DNA of 64,000 nucleotides from assembly GCA_964016885.1 (NCBI GenBank), contig OZ024743.1, positions 227,168,001 to 227,232,000 on the forward strand. Reading direction: 5' to 3'. Positions 28,532 to 42,108 of the stretch are shown piece by piece. The notes under the pieces are model-generated. The model saw nothing but the letters and a program-made list of their open reading frames with translations, did no database searches and was not told the DNA's origin. Origin of the DNA: Eledone cirrhosa (lineage: Eukaryota). Position numbers and translations under genes: made by a program. The first letter of the stretch is position 1; each line of letters opens with the position of its first letter.

Positions 28532-31262
28532 CTACAGGTTTATATACAGAGAAGGCCCAATCACTCGGGTCATTTTCGCTACATTCACCCATCTTTCAGC
28601 AAATTGGCTGGGATGCAGCGCCTCTCTCTCCACTCTTATTTTCCTTCTGAAATGGTATTTAAAGACGGTAATAAGTTGTTGTCCGGAGAGAAAGGCGTCT
28701 GTCCTCAGCCCTCTCAATCTCGTCCGCCATATTACCTCTTTTGCCATAGCCACCATACAGAGAAAACCGCCTCTCCTTCGTTTTTAAAGGGGGGCGGCGG
28801 TTTTATTCTCACTATGGATTCGGCAGTCAACTGCATTTGTCCCACACGTGACAGTAGTCGCTCTACGTAGCTCCACAGGTCGGTTACCTCCGGGCAGTGT
28901 ACGACTGCGTGCGAGACGGTTTCAATGTCCCGCTTGCATCTCGGACACATCCTTTTTGCGGGATCTCTGCCCGGGCGTCCGTGCCTGTAGAGCTTATCTC
29001 GAACTGGTAGAGCCCCTCGGTAACACTGCCATGCCATGGACTTTTGGAAGTTGCCCTTGGGTCCCGGTCGGGAAGTCCTCCCGAACAGGCTGGCGAGTTC
29101 TCCCTCATCGACGCCCAGAGTCTCTCCGAGAACGTCGTCGCACCTGTCCTCCACTAACCCTCTATAGAATGTTAAGGTGGAGTCCCTGCTGATTGCTGAG
29201 TCCGCTTGGTAGAGGGCTGTGAGCACCTGGGCACATTCAATGTGCCAGTGGCCCATTTTTTTCGGTCTTTTCTTGACTTCGGACTGCAGCTCTGTTAGTG
29301 AGATGGGCAGCGGAAAGGCTTGTCTTACAAACGGAGACCATACCGGCTGGCCGGTCAAGATTACCGAGGTGCTCGACACCATTACTGTTACGTCGTCTGC
29401 GTAAGCCTACGCCGCATTTCGCAGTCCTGGTTCCAACGAGATGCCCTGCAACAGCTCCAATTTCCGCAGTAGTGGCTGGCTCTAGAGTCAATACATACAG
29501 AATGGAGGAGAAAGGGCATCCCTGTCGGATGGAAGGTGTGATTTGGAACGGCTCCGAAAGGAAGCCGTTCACCTTGACTCTCGAGCAGATGTTGCTGTGC
29601 GTGGCAGCAATCCATCCTCTGAAGACGGGTCCGAAACCGGCTGCCTTAAGAACTGCTTCCAGGTATCGATGGTCGACCCTATCAAAAGCCTTAGACTGAT
29701 CCAAATTGATCAGAGCCCCACCGAAGTCAGGTTTACACCCTACTCTCTCTATGATGTGGAGGTTGTCGTGTATGGACCTGTTCGAGATTGCACACGTTTG
29801 CGCTTCCCCTACCAGCTTCCCGACGACAAGTGCCAACCTCTTTTCTAACACCTTAGCCAAAATCTTTAAATCTGTGTTGAGCAGAGTTATGGGCCTGAAG
29901 TTGCCTATCACGTCCTCCTTGTTCTCGTCTTTCCTGATCAGCATTACTACGCCCCTGCCCACAGAACTGGGAATTCTCCCGTTCTGCTGCCAGTTGCAGT
30001 AGACCACTTCGAGGACGCCAGAGAACATCTGGCATGCCTATGTAGAATTCATAGGGTAGACCATCTAGACCGGGAGATTTGCGTTTCCCGCAGCAGTCTA
30101 GCGCATCTTTTATTTCGCCCGCCGTGATCGGCTTTTCGCAGAACTGTACATCCCCGCTCGAGAGTTGCGGTAGGCCGTCGAGGTATGGACCGAAGTCCAT
30201 TGCTCCGTTCGACGCACCGCTCTGCTCGAACAGTTGTACAAAGTGCCGCTGGAAGGCTGCGCATATTTGCTACACGTTAAATAGCACGCGACCATCTTGG
30301 TCTTTCAAAGACCGAATTGTGTACTTGTTGCCACGTTTTGCCTCTGCAACTCGGGCCCAGCTGACAGCTTTGCCTCCCTCGTTTCCTAGAGCACGTGATC
30401 TACTTCTGACAACACAGCCTTCGTGTTTCGCATCGAAGAACTGGTCCAGTGCCGTTCTCGCTGCTAGCACGTTAGCTGTGTTGCCACCCCTGAGCGCCTC
30501 TTCTACTCTAGCTATTAGCTCTTTCTCGCTCTTATCTTTCTCTAACGCTAGTTCTTTGCTAAACTCTTTAGATTCTACTCTAATTGTTTTCTTGAGAGAG
30601 TGCCACCATCTGTTATTGATGATGGCCCCTGTCATTTGTTGCTTAACTAAACTACTAACCCGTCTACTGTAGGCTTTACGTGTCTGTAACGACAAGTTCA
30701 GCTTCCAGTAGCCGGGTCCCTGTCTATGTGTTCTATCATGGTTGAGTATGCAGGTCACTAACTTGTGGTCCGAATAGGCAACTATGAACATTTGTGGACA
30801 GCTTAACATTTCCCTATCTTTTTCTCTAATGATGATCCTATCTAAGTACGATCTAGAAATCCCACTACGATTTGTCCACGTCCACAGTGGCGCAGTTGGG
30901 AAGTCTAGTCGGTATCTATCGGCCAGTTGGAATTGACCGATTAGATTTTTAAAGCTGTTGCACCCCCTCCCTCTATTGGGACATGTCTACCTTCCGGGTC
31001 CAAGTGAACTTCCTGTACTGCGAGATCCAGGTTTTTCCTAAACAAACCAGCAACTACCCCCTCCACCTCCCGGCTGACAGAGAGATGCGTATATCTCAAA
31101 GTCATCGAAGATGGGGTTTAATTGCTGCTTGTTGTGGATCCTGGACTCGCTGATGGCTATCACATCCATACTGTGCGACCTGAGGTCATTTGAAAGTTGG
31201 CCCTGTTTCCAGGGCATCCCCAGGCTACGAACATTCACACTTCCCACTCTTATACTCGCCAT
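28532..31262 (-). pseudogene. Tx1 ORF2: AP endonuclease, reverse transcriptase, zinc finger; multiple frameshifts and an internal deletion after RT
   Basis: MASIRVGSVNVRSL, YSDH, GYWKLN, KSPGLDGLPYEFY, FRPITLLNTDLKILAK, LDQSKAFDRVDH, RQGCP, AYADD, CPRC..E..H....C. Confidence 0.9.
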
Positions 31263-31301
31263 GTTGGTAGGGAAGAGTTTGAAAAGAACGAAAAGACGCA
31301 C

Positions 31302-33186
31302 TTACCTTTTCCTTTCCTGGAGATCAGTTTGTCCAATCTCCATAGGTGTGTGGTGGGGTCGTTTGGTGGTGTAGTCGTGGTGTTTGGTGAGGTGGTGGTG
31401 TTTGTTGGGACGGTGGTGTTTGGTGGGATGAGGGTGTTTGGCTGGGTGGGGATGGGGGTGTTTGATGCGTTGGGGAAACATTTTAAAAGTACCCTGTTGA
31501 TAGGTTTTAGACAAGGATTCCCAACATTCCCCATGAAAGTTTCTTTTAAGGATTTTTAGGTGTCCGTTGGGACCCTTATCATCTTCAGGTGGTGTTTGTC
31601 TGCGCACCTTGTAAATGTTTTCCCTTCGGTGCAAGCCGAAGGGTATTTGGAGATGATCTCCAATAGATTTTTGTAGTCTGTATTTATATATGCATATTGT
31701 TGTTGTTGTGTTGTTTTTATTTGTTGCTCATGTGTGAGTTTTCTTTCTATGGTTGGTGTTTGTGTTTGGAGTGGTGTTGTGGTTTGTTTTTCAGGAGGGG
31801 TAGTTTCTGTTTGTGGTGGTTTTTGTGTTGTTTGTGTTGGTGGTAATGGCTGTTGTATTTTTTTTGTGTTTAGGTGTCGATTTTTTCTTTTTGGACGGGT
31901 AGTCTCTCCTTCGTCATCGCTTAGAGATGCTGAAGGTGCCTCGTCGGAAGTGAAGTCTGGGTTGTGTGGGAGGGTATGTTTTGTGGAGGTGTTGTGTTTG
32001 TGGGTGTGGTTGTGGTAGTTTTACGTGGAGTGGGGGTGGGTGGGACTGTGTTTGTGGTTAGACTTGTTATTTTTGTGTGTTGTTGTTGTTGCTGTGGTGG
32101 TGGTGGTGGTGGTGTTTTTTGGTGTTGCCAGTAGTGTTTTTTTTGTTATGTGTACAAGTTGAGGACAAGAAGCCTTCAAATGTGTTGTGCTGAAACATTT
32201 AAAACAGCTAGGCTTCTTGCCCTCGGCAGAAATGTGAATGTAGGATCGTCCATCCAGAAGCACGCGTTGTGGTATTTTTGGTATCCGTTCTGGCCTCATC
32301 TGGACAAGAACTTGAAGACTTGTACCACTCCATGTGTTTCTGGAAGACCTTCCTATCGAAACAATGGTATCTTGATCAGTATCAATAAAGCCTGCAGAAT
32401 CCACCAAACGTTTACGTTTGGCTGAATGTTTGCAATTTTTATTTTTTTAGTCCTTTTTCCTATGTATGTAGGGAAAAAGGTGTATGCAGAGGACACAATT
32501 GGAGCCACAGAATATTGCTAGGCCGTCAATTGGTCCTTCATTAAAATGGAAATGCTGCCATTCAGCTTTCCTCTTTGTATGAAGGCAATGTCCTTCATTA
32601 CGTCTCTCAGGATCAGTTCAATCTCATTTTGTGTGAGTTGAACTGGCTTCCTCGTCTCATTCGAAATGGTTCGAAAGAGGAGGGTCCACAGTATTGTGTC
32701 CCTACGTACTTCCGGAGGTGAGTTGAAGCTGAAAGCACCACTTTCTCCGAAAGTTGCATATAGTTTACTTTTCAGTAACATCTCCTTAGCATTCGAAATC
32801 TCTAAGGGGATGTATTGTTCAGTCTTTTGCACTGTTTGTGCAAAAGACGCTTTCTTGTTGTTGTTGGTGGTGGTGTTGTTGCTGTTGTTACTGCTGGTGT
32901 TGTTGCTGCTGTTACAATTGCTGTTGCTGCTGCTGCTGTCGGTGTTGCTGCTATTGTTGTTGTTGTTCTCTTTGTTCGTGTTGTTAGTGTTGTTGTCCGT
33001 TTCGTAGTTGGTGGTGTTGTATTTCTCTCTCGGCTTCTCTATCGAGTCAGCCTTTCTTTGTTTGCTAGGCAATAAGCCTATTTTAACAAGAGAAGTTATT
33101 CCAACTTCCTCTCTTTCTCCGCATTCAATTCTCGTGCGGATATCAGCAGCAGGAGTCGAAGTAAGTGTACATTTTTTTTCAGCCAT
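31302..33186 (-). pseudogene. Tx1 ORF1 (gag-like) with low-complexity N/T/S/H tracts, disrupted
   Basis: ORFs 32518-33273, 32021-32407 (CFKCFSTTHLKASC) and 31302-31634 lie directly upstream of ORF2. Confidence 0.7.
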
Positions 33187-33403
33187 ATTTTCTTTTTTTT
33201 GAATTCCAGAGTTGTTTATAAAGTTTGGATAATAATTTCCGCTCCTAATGGGGCGAAAAATTAAGGCCCCCACCCGCTAACAAGAGACGGGTGGTTAATA
33301 AACAGATTGAAATAATTTCCAATATGATTAAACGCTTACTTACCATAAAATTCAAGAAAAGCTTACCAGCGATCTGTCGCACAGCTATCCGAGAGATAGA
33401 TAG

Positions 33404-35080
33404 ATTTATTTGCCACAAGGTCGCACAAGAAATGAGACATTACAGGACGTATGGCGGGGATTTTTCATTTAAGCGTGTAAACAAACGTTTTAACATTTAT
33501 AAAATAATAAAATAACAATAGAAATCCCCAAAAGGGGTAACGTTAAAATTGGGTTGTTTTACACCTCCGTAGATAGAACAACCCCCAACTCCAGGAGCAT
33601 ATTTTATAAGTTCTCCTGTCCTCTCTCTTTTGTCTTCTTTAACTTACAGGTTTATATACAGAGACGGCTCAATCACTCGGGCCATTTTCACTACATTCAC
33701 CCACCTTTCAGCGAATTTACTGCGGTGTAGCACCTCCACTATCATTTCTTTCTGAAGAGATATTTAAACAAAGGGAGTGAGTTGTTTTCCGGAGAGGAAG
33801 GTGTCTGTCCTCAGTCCTTTTAATCTCGTCCACCATATTAACTCTTTCGCCATAGCCACCAGACAGAAGAAAACCGCTTCTCGTTTTTAAATGAAGGCGG
33901 CGGCGTGATCCTCACGATGGACTCGGCTGTCAGCTGGATTTATCCCACACGTGACAGTAGCTGTTTGACATAGTTCCACAGGTCGGCTACCTCTAGCCAC
34001 TCTACAATTGCGTGCAGAACGGTTTCAATGTCACGCTCGCATCTTGGAAAAGTCATTTTGGCAGGATCCCTGTCAGGGCTTCCGTGCCTGTAGATCTTAT
34101 CTCGAACAGGTTGAGCTTCTCGGTAGCACTGTCAGGCAAAAGATTTCTGGAAGTTATCCATAGGTTCTGGATGAAGAGTCCTCCCGAACAGACTGGGCAG
34201 TTCGTCCCGAGAACGTCGTCGCACTTATCGTCCACTGACCCTCTATAGAATGTTGACGTGGAATCCCCACTTATTGCCGTGTCCACCTGATAGAGGACTG
34301 TGAGCGTCTGAACGCACTCGAGGTGCCAGGCGCCGTTAGCGAGACGTGTTGCGGAAAGCTTGTCTCGCAAACGACAACCACACCGGTTCACCGGTCAGGA
34401 ATACCTGGAGATGGCGCAGCCTCAATGCGTGTCAGCCACGGCATGCCCAACCCTCCGTTGGAAGGGTGTTGGCAGCAGATGGATCTCCTCAACAATGGAG
34501 CCTGTTTCTTCCAAAGGAACTTGAAGAGTAGACGTTCCATTTTGGCGAATTGATCACGGGGACAAGGCACGACCGTCAAACGGTAGTAAATGACGGCCGC
34601 TATGTAAGTGATCGGCCCCTACGCTCGACCTTTTAAGTAGAGTTTTCACTCAGCCCACTTCTGGGTGAGAGCAAATAACTTTGCCGTCACCTGGTTCCAG
34701 TTTTTCTCCACCTGGAGGTTTGGACCGAGCCGGACCCCGAGCAATTTCGCCGGTCTTTCCGTCTAGCGACGTTGTCGGACGGTATCGGTTAGCCTCTCCC
34801 CGTGCCGAGTTGCAAACCGAAAGACTTGTCCGGGTTCAGCATTGCGTATTCCTCTAGTTAGTTGCCGATCAACCCGATTTCCGAGGTGGAATGGCTCTGA
34901 TAGGTAGCCATTCACCTTGACTGCCGAGCAGATGTTGCTGTACATGGCATCTATCCAGCCTCTGAAGATGGTTCCGAAACCGGCCGCCTTGAGAACCGCT
35001 TCCAAATATTGATGATCGACCCTATCGAATGCCTCAGATTTATCTCAATTGATGAGAGCCCCATCGAAGCCATGTTTACT
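33404..35080 (-). mobile_element. Second, more decayed and internally deleted Tx1 copy (3' part)
   Basis: 3' end similar to 28282-28860; EAVLKAAGFG, ERLLFKFLW, GGLGMP motifs. Confidence 0.85.
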
Positions 35081-35082
35081 TT

Positions 35083-35212
35083 GTTTTATTTACCACTGGA
35101 ATGATGAGATAAAAGTTTGACCTCAGCGTAATTTGAACTCAGAATCAAAATAGCCGTAACTAAACGCCGCAAATTGCATTGTCTAACACTAGTGATTATG
35201 CCAAACTTCCGC
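35083..35212 (-). mobile_element. Decayed SINE family A relative
   Basis: ATTTGAACTCAGAA and TGCCAAACTTCCGCC match the reverse-complemented B-box and head. Confidence 0.55.
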
Positions 35213-35539
35213 CCTATGTATTAATAAATGGAAAGACTGAAAACCATATATGTACGAACTCCACTAAATTCCACCTTACACACACAGACATCTCTCTTCT
35301 TTCAATCACTACTATATCTTACTCCTCATTCTTGGAGGCCTATATTCGGCCCCTTTTCCTGCCATTCCTTCCTTCACTTGACGTTTATTCTCTTGATTTT
35401 CATGCTTGGCAAAATATTTTCTTGCTGTGTTGACATAAATATGCCACACAGATTTAACTGGTCTCTGATACCCTACAACAGTTCATGTGTACTGCCCCTC
35501 CCTTCAGATTGAATCATGGAAAACAACCACGAAATAAGG

Positions 35540-35922
35540 GATTGTACTATTGAACTGATGAGTTAACAGATTGTGGTTCTATTAAACTGACGGATTAACA
35601 GATTGTTGTACTATTGAGCCGATGTAATATCAGACGGGCATTCTATTGAACCGACGGATTAACAGAGTGGACAACTATTGAAACGATGGATTAACACAAT
35701 GGTGAACTATTCAAATGTGGGGTTGATAGATTGGTGTACTATAGAACCGACGGGTTAATAGACTGGTGTACTATTGAACTGACAGATTAACAGAGTGGTG
35801 GAGTACTGTTTAACAGACGGGTTAACTGAGTGATGTACTATTGAACCGACGAATTAACAGAGTGATGCACTATTGAACTGATGGATCAACAGATTTGTTC
35901 ACTATTGAACTAATGGATTAAC
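35540..35922. repeat. Degenerate 32-bp minisatellite, ~12 units
   Basis: Consensus approximately GATTGGTGTACTATTGAACCGACGGATTAACA. Confidence 0.88.
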
Positions 35923-36029
35923 AAAACGATACATCCATACACCGATACAGGCATAACATTACATAGAGTGGGGAAACATTGAGAAACTTACCAAGAAAGC
36001 AATGCTAGAAACGTGGCACAACCCATGAA

Positions 36030-36240
36030 TGGGAAACCTCTAAGCTACTACTCGATCTGCTAGAAATAGATACCAAATCTTCCTTAATTCACACAAATTT
36101 CCCTCTTAAAGTAGTAAATGACACTATGTATAATAAACGTGGTCCATGATATGTTGTCTCAAACAAAGACAGCTAAATAATTGTTGGAAAGTCATAATCG
36201 ATCTATGGTAGGCCTGTGGCTAAACAATAACAATAACAAC
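36030..36240 (+). mobile_element. Old interspersed repeat family B (other copies ~4200-4400, 36960-37135 minus, 37760-37935, 50320-50490 minus, 50610-50670 minus)
   Basis: Shared CTCGATCTGCTAGAAATA.CA.CCAAAT..TCACAC and terminal GCTAAACAACAAC; class not determined. Confidence 0.5.
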
Positions 36241-36657
36241 AACAGCAAAAACAACATCACCAACAACAGCAACAACAACAACAACCACCAACAATATCAG
36301 TCCAGCGTATGAACGAACTGCCGAACTGAATTAATAAAGGACTGGTGGAACAAGTCTCCGATTAAACAGCGAACAAAGGAGATTTGAAGATCAAGATCTG
36401 AGCCTGGAGCCCACAGGCGGGAAATGTCGAATGTAAGTAGACATCCGTTGTAGATATCATAAATTTCATAATCTTATTGCATCAACATTATCTTCGTTGT
36501 ACGTAGAGACGTAAACACTTGAAGATGGTTTATTATCTACTGGGGCATAATGTCACATGATCCTACAGACATTGTGACTAGTTCACTTTATATATATATA
36601 TGTCTGTATGTGTGTGTGTGTGTGTGTTGTGTGTGTGTGTGTGTGTGTGTATGCAGA

Positions 36658-36729
<72 letters not shown>

Positions 36730-37199
36730 AAGAGAGAGATAGAAAGAAAGAATGAGTGTGCAGTGATATTTTCTTAAGAAAAGAACATTTGACCTATCAG
36801 TGTCGGATGTAAATATTTCTGGTTAGCTTTATTTACGTGGTTGTTGTTGTTGGTGGTGGTGGAATTGGTGCTGCTTCTGTGGTCGATGGTGTTGGTAATG
36901 GAGGCGGTGATGGGTGAATGGTAGAGACGGTAAGGGAAGGACTTGCGGATGTTTTGTACATGTCGTTGTTTAGCCGAGGCTAGCTCTTACCAAGGAGACA
37001 ATGAATTTCATTCCAGTTGTGACCATCAGTTCGGTTTCTTGTTTATGTTTTACTTCATTTTCTAATGTCTCCTTTCCTTTTTAAAGACGCTAAGGTGTAA
37101 TTCAAAGCAATTTGGCAGCTATTTCTAATGTAGTCTGGTTTTCACACTGGCTTAAATGTAGTGGTGTTGCTGGTGGTGGAGGTAGTAGTAGTTAGATAT

Positions 37200-37347
37200 A
37201 GTTGTAGCAGCAGCAGCAATAGTAGTAGTAGCAGTAGTAGAAGTAGTAGTAGTAGCAGCAACAGCAGCATCAGCAGCATCAGCTGTAGTAGTAGCAGTAG
37301 TAGAAGTAGTAGTAGTAGCAGCAACAGCAGCATCAGCAGCATCAGCT

Positions 37348-37432
<85 letters not shown>
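37200..37432. repeat. (AGT)/(AGC) compound microsatellite
   Basis: Direct repeat with a ~63-bp internal duplication. Confidence 0.95.
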
Positions 37433-37433
<1 letters not shown>

Positions 37434-38013
37434 TGCTGTTATTGTGGTGGTGGGGGGAGGGATTGGTTGGCGCTGCTGCTGGTGGAGTTAGTGTTATGCT
37501 GATGGTGCTGGTGGTGGCGACGGCAGATGGGGATTGTATAGGTAGTGGTTTTGGAGATGAAGGCTATGGCTAGTGTTATAGTCAGCGAAAGGTCAAATGA
37601 AATGAAGCGGGAAAGATGGAAGTATCTGTAAGTAATCAGTGGGTGGAAGTTGTATTTGAATTATACGCTACAGTGTATCTATTATTGTTTAGTTTAGATG
37701 ATTGACAAATTTCACTCACAAAATATTCAACAAAGAGAGAAAGAAATGTCAGTTCCACGACCTACTATAACTAACAGGCAAATTTCTCTCAATTTATAAG
37801 CGCCCGTCTTAAAAGTGTGAGCAAATATTGGATAATGCACTCCTACATAATGCATTTTAAAATATACGATAACAATCTGGAACGTCTTCTATAACAGGTA
37901 CTGCAGATCTTCATTAACGCAGTGCTAAACAACGACAAAAAGCGACATTTATGTACAAAGCAAACGCGAATCCAGAGACCATCTTCAATGACGTAACGAG
38001 GCTAATAGTAATA

Positions 38014-38044
<31 letters not shown>

Positions 38045-38149
38045 CAATAATAATAATAATTGTTTCAACAATAGGGGTTATAAAAGAAATTGACAGCTAA
38101 ATTTTCATTATAGTCCCAGACGAAAGCCGAACCTGTCATTCACATAATA

Positions 38150-38620
38150 TTAGTAGTTTGACACAAACCTACAACTCTGCAATGAGTGATAGCACACAGG
38201 ACGGTTTCATCACACAGTGTGTTTCAACGGCAGGTCTGATTGTTGGGACTTCCGTGCTTGTAGAGCTTGTCCCGATTTAGTAGAGCCTCGCTGATCACTG
38301 CCATACCAAGGACTTTTAGAAATTGTCCAAAATTCCCGATCTGAGGGTCCTCCTGAAGAGTCTGTTTAGACTTTACTCGTCAATGGTCAGAGCTGCTCTC
38401 AGACATCGTCAGTCATAACGTCAACTAACTTTCTATTGAATGCAAGCGTTGTAATCTGATCCCCTCTCACGTTGTTCAACTGCTAAAATGTCATAAGTGT
38501 TTGGCACCATTCTAGATGCCAGCTGCTCAAACTTGGTCGGTGATTAAACCAGAATTTATACAGTCCAACAATCCAGTTGGTGCCTATTAAACAGCAGGAA
38601 ATAATTTGTTTCGAATTTTA
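38150..38620 (-). mobile_element. Old Tx1 ORF2 C-terminal relic
   Basis: Nucleotide similarity to 28900-29300 (TGTAGAGCTT.TC.CGA, CACTGCCAT.CCA.GGACTTTT). Confidence 0.65.
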
Positions 38621-39373
38621 CGCCAATTTCTCATCGGTTACTGCAATTTAATTCTAATCTGTGACTGATTTTAATCCAGTCACCCACTGGCACTAAAGAA
38701 TGGTACATCCCAAAGAATGCTTCGAAGTGACTGCTTTAATGAGATCAACAATGACCTCTATACTAAAGGTAACATCATTGCTGATGGCGTTAGGTTTAGC
38801 AATACAATAATCGTTCGAATATTCAGATCCAGCCTTTTTTTAAATAACATTGTTGATTACCACAGCTATATCCAGTAAACCTTCTTCTACACCGAATCCA
38901 CATAATACGTCTTTATAGAAACCCATCTCTCTATGCAGAAAATATTCTTTTAAATCTAGATGCAGCGGACAATGCACTTTAATGGCGTCTCTAAATATTC
39001 CCATCAGCAATGTTTAGGTTTTGTTGGTGGGTGGTAGCAATAATAGTGATGGTGGTAGAATTATCAGTGCTAGAACTGCTACTAATATTGGTCCTAATGA
39101 TCGTGGGGTATAGATATAAATAACTACGAACCTCTAGAAACAACTCATTCAACGTAAATACGAAAGAAAAAGTATGCAGCTGAAACAACAACAATAACTA
39201 CACCCAAAAATAAGTCAAAGACATTGTGTCTTGACTGACGGTCACCTAATAAATATATGATGTGTGAAGTAATAAATCCTCATTTTCTGACATCTGTAAA
39301 CAGTAAATCACAATTTTATAATGGATAAAATGATAAATCGCAAATTCATGATACGTAGATATTTATACACAAA

Positions 39374-39483
<110 letters not shown>

Positions 39484-39585
39484 TATATATACACATTGAC
39501 ACATTGGCATAATATATTGTATGTCCATACAGAGAATGTACTTACATATATAGGTATATATCTATATGCGTAAGTGACTATGTGC

Positions 39586-39624
<39 letters not shown>

Positions 39625-39709
39625 CATGTGTTTGTATATAAGTGCGTTAATTCATTTGTTTGTGTGATTTATGTTTGTGAGATATGTATATATATGCCTA
39701 TGTATGTGT

Positions 39710-39828
<119 letters not shown>

Positions 39829-39960
39829 CTTGGGTGTAAGAGGGTCTCTTATTTGATGATAAATCATGTCTGGTGTCATTTGTTTTGATGTTATCACAGC
39901 TGATGTAATATGTGTGCTCCTATAGTACGTATATGCGTTTGTGTCAATATGAATATATAT

Positions 39961-40020
<60 letters not shown>

Positions 40021-40165
40021 TATATGTTGGTTGTTTACAGACACCTCAGCATGCAAATCAGAGCACTCGACGAAGTTCGCATGTTGGTTTGTTTCTGCGG
40101 AGTAATGTAAAATAATTAAGTCAAATATGTAAAATTTGGCTTCGTTTATTATAAATTATAGATAT

Positions 40166-40220
40166 ACTGCTATATATATTTCAGTGACAGCAATTATTGT
40201 CTGTGACCTCTTCAGGCAGT
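40166..40220 (-). ncRNA. Minimal type I hammerhead, intact core
   Basis: ACUGC-CUGAAGA-GGUCACAG..CUGUCACU-GAAA-UAUAUA-UA-GCAGU. Confidence 0.75.
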
Positions 40221-40399
40221 CCGAATTGGTGTGGGAAAGACATGTACACAAGTTGTAGAGGTGTGTTTTAATGGAATCATATATGATTCCTGTTCCTCAG
40301 AGGAATAACAACAAAACCAGGAGCTGGACATATCGATGTATTGACGGAGTAAAACACACCTCAGCAACATGTGTACCTGTCTTTCCAACATCAATTGGG

Positions 40400-40454
40400 A
40401 CTGCCTGCAGAGGTCACATCCAATGATGGCTGTCACCGAAATATATATAGCACT
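40400..40454 (+). ncRNA. Minimal hammerhead with A6-to-C core substitution
   Basis: ACUGC-CUGCAGA-GGUCACA..UGUCACC-GAAA-UAUAUA-UA-GCAC. Confidence 0.6.
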
Positions 40455-40515
40455 ATATTTATAATTTATAATAAACAAAGCCAAATCTTACATATTTGAC
40501 TTAATTATTTTATAT

Positions 40516-40645
<130 letters not shown>

Positions 40646-40839
40646 TATTATATATATATATATATATTTACATACATACATATATGTGTGTGTGTGTGTC
40701 TATGTGGGTTTGTGTAATTTGGGTTGGGCTTAATGTTCCTTACTTTTTTTAGGTGAAATTATCAATTGAATGTATAATCTGTCTATAACCTTATTTCAAA
40801 GCTTATTCTTACTTTGTATACATATATCCCTTTTTACTG

Positions 40840-41600
40840 TTTAATCAAGAAGGGAAGGGCATGTTCCAATTTACAGGCCTCTAAATTTGGTAGAAGCGAG
40901 CGTAGAAGGTGTCCTGAAACCCTTGATTTTTTCCAAGTACTTGCAACACAGTAGAATTCGTTCTCTGATCCAATTATCCCGGAATCAACTGTGTTTTCCC
41001 ACTGTACTTGTATTCATATATACATACATATTACATACATTTGCGAGAATATAATGGCACATTCCAAGCTTGTGCATCCTGCATCTATAAAGGTTTGTAT
41101 ATCAGGCATTGTTGTTGCCACTTAATTTTGAGGGTTCTTCTTAAACACATTTGATTAAAGTGTTGAATCAATCTGAGCTGTCTACGATGTACTGGCCACG
41201 TTTCCAAGGATTAAATAGAGATCTCAGTATACAGGCCTTGTACACACTAATCTTTGTCTTGTTACTGATGCCATGATATACCCAAACTCTCTGTTCGAGT
41301 TTTCCGAAAGCTACAGTGGCCTTCTGAATGTAGAGGTGTATTTCTGTATCCAGCGAACCATCCCTCAAAAATGTACTGCCCAAGTAAATAAACGTGTCAA
41401 CTATACCACACCTAGTTCTATGCATCATTTTATTTGGCTGAATGTATGTTTTCCTTGGTGCAGAAGTGAACATTAACTTAGTCTTTTTCAGATTACTTTT
41501 CCTTCGAAAAGCATTACAAGAAGCTGCATGTCATCTTGAGAGTGGGCTAGAAATTCAGCGTCATGATTGGGACACCTTTGACATGAAATTGAATATCCTT
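40840..41600 (-). mobile_element. RTE (BovB-like) LINE fragment, RT C-terminal region
   Basis: ORF 41168-41473: VDTFIYLGS..DTEI...IQKA..AFGKL..RVW...GIS..TKISVYKAC. Confidence 0.85.
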
Positions 41601-41624
41601 ATGTCAAAGATTCATACATGCATA

Positions 41625-41950
41625 CACACATGGTGATGGCTGCCCCCTCGTTATCGAGGATGGCCATTGCACGATATAACATTATTAATAATTATCGTGC
41701 AATGCCTGTGCGTGAAGATTTGTTTAAAGCGAGGAAAGACTGTGCATTGTGCCAATCCCACTCTCTGAGCGACAGTAGCTATAACCCGAAAAGAAGTAAA
41801 GAGCAACATCATCGGTAAACCTGAGCCGCAGGTCTTATATCGGAGTTATCCCAGTTTCCTTAGTTGTCTTCTCCTAGAAGAATGCCCTAACAAAGACTAC
41901 GGGTCCTTCACCCCCAGTGGTTTAACAGCGCGATCGGGTATCCAGCCTGA
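41625..41950 (-). mobile_element. Short bipartite RTE-derived element
   Basis: Minus strand has CTAGGAGAAG..AACTCCGATAT near the 5' end and GGCCATCCTCGATAACGAGGGGGCAGCC at the 3' end; CATA repeats on both sides. Confidence 0.55.
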
Positions 41951-42077
41951 TTATTACATACATGCATACATACATAATACATATACACATACACACATAC
42001 ATACACACATACATACATACATACATACATACATACATACATACATACATACATACATACATACATACATACATACA

Positions 42078-42108
<31 letters not shown>

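Larger units (their letters stand above)
28282..33392 (-). mobile_element. Near-full-length L1-Tx1 clade non-LTR retrotransposon, decayed
   Basis: ORF1 with CCHC knuckle, ORF2 with APE, RT and C-terminal zinc finger; AATAAA at the 3' end; (GATA)n at both junctions. Confidence 0.9.
40108..40512. mobile_element. Fold-back element with ~165-bp diverged arms, each carrying a hammerhead
   Basis: 40108-40270 vs 40350-40512 reverse complementary with many substitutions. Confidence 0.8.

Noticed and set aside
35540-35922. CRISPR-like repeat-spacer array
   Set aside because: Units are degenerate copies of each other along their whole length, the context is eukaryotic, and there are no cas genes
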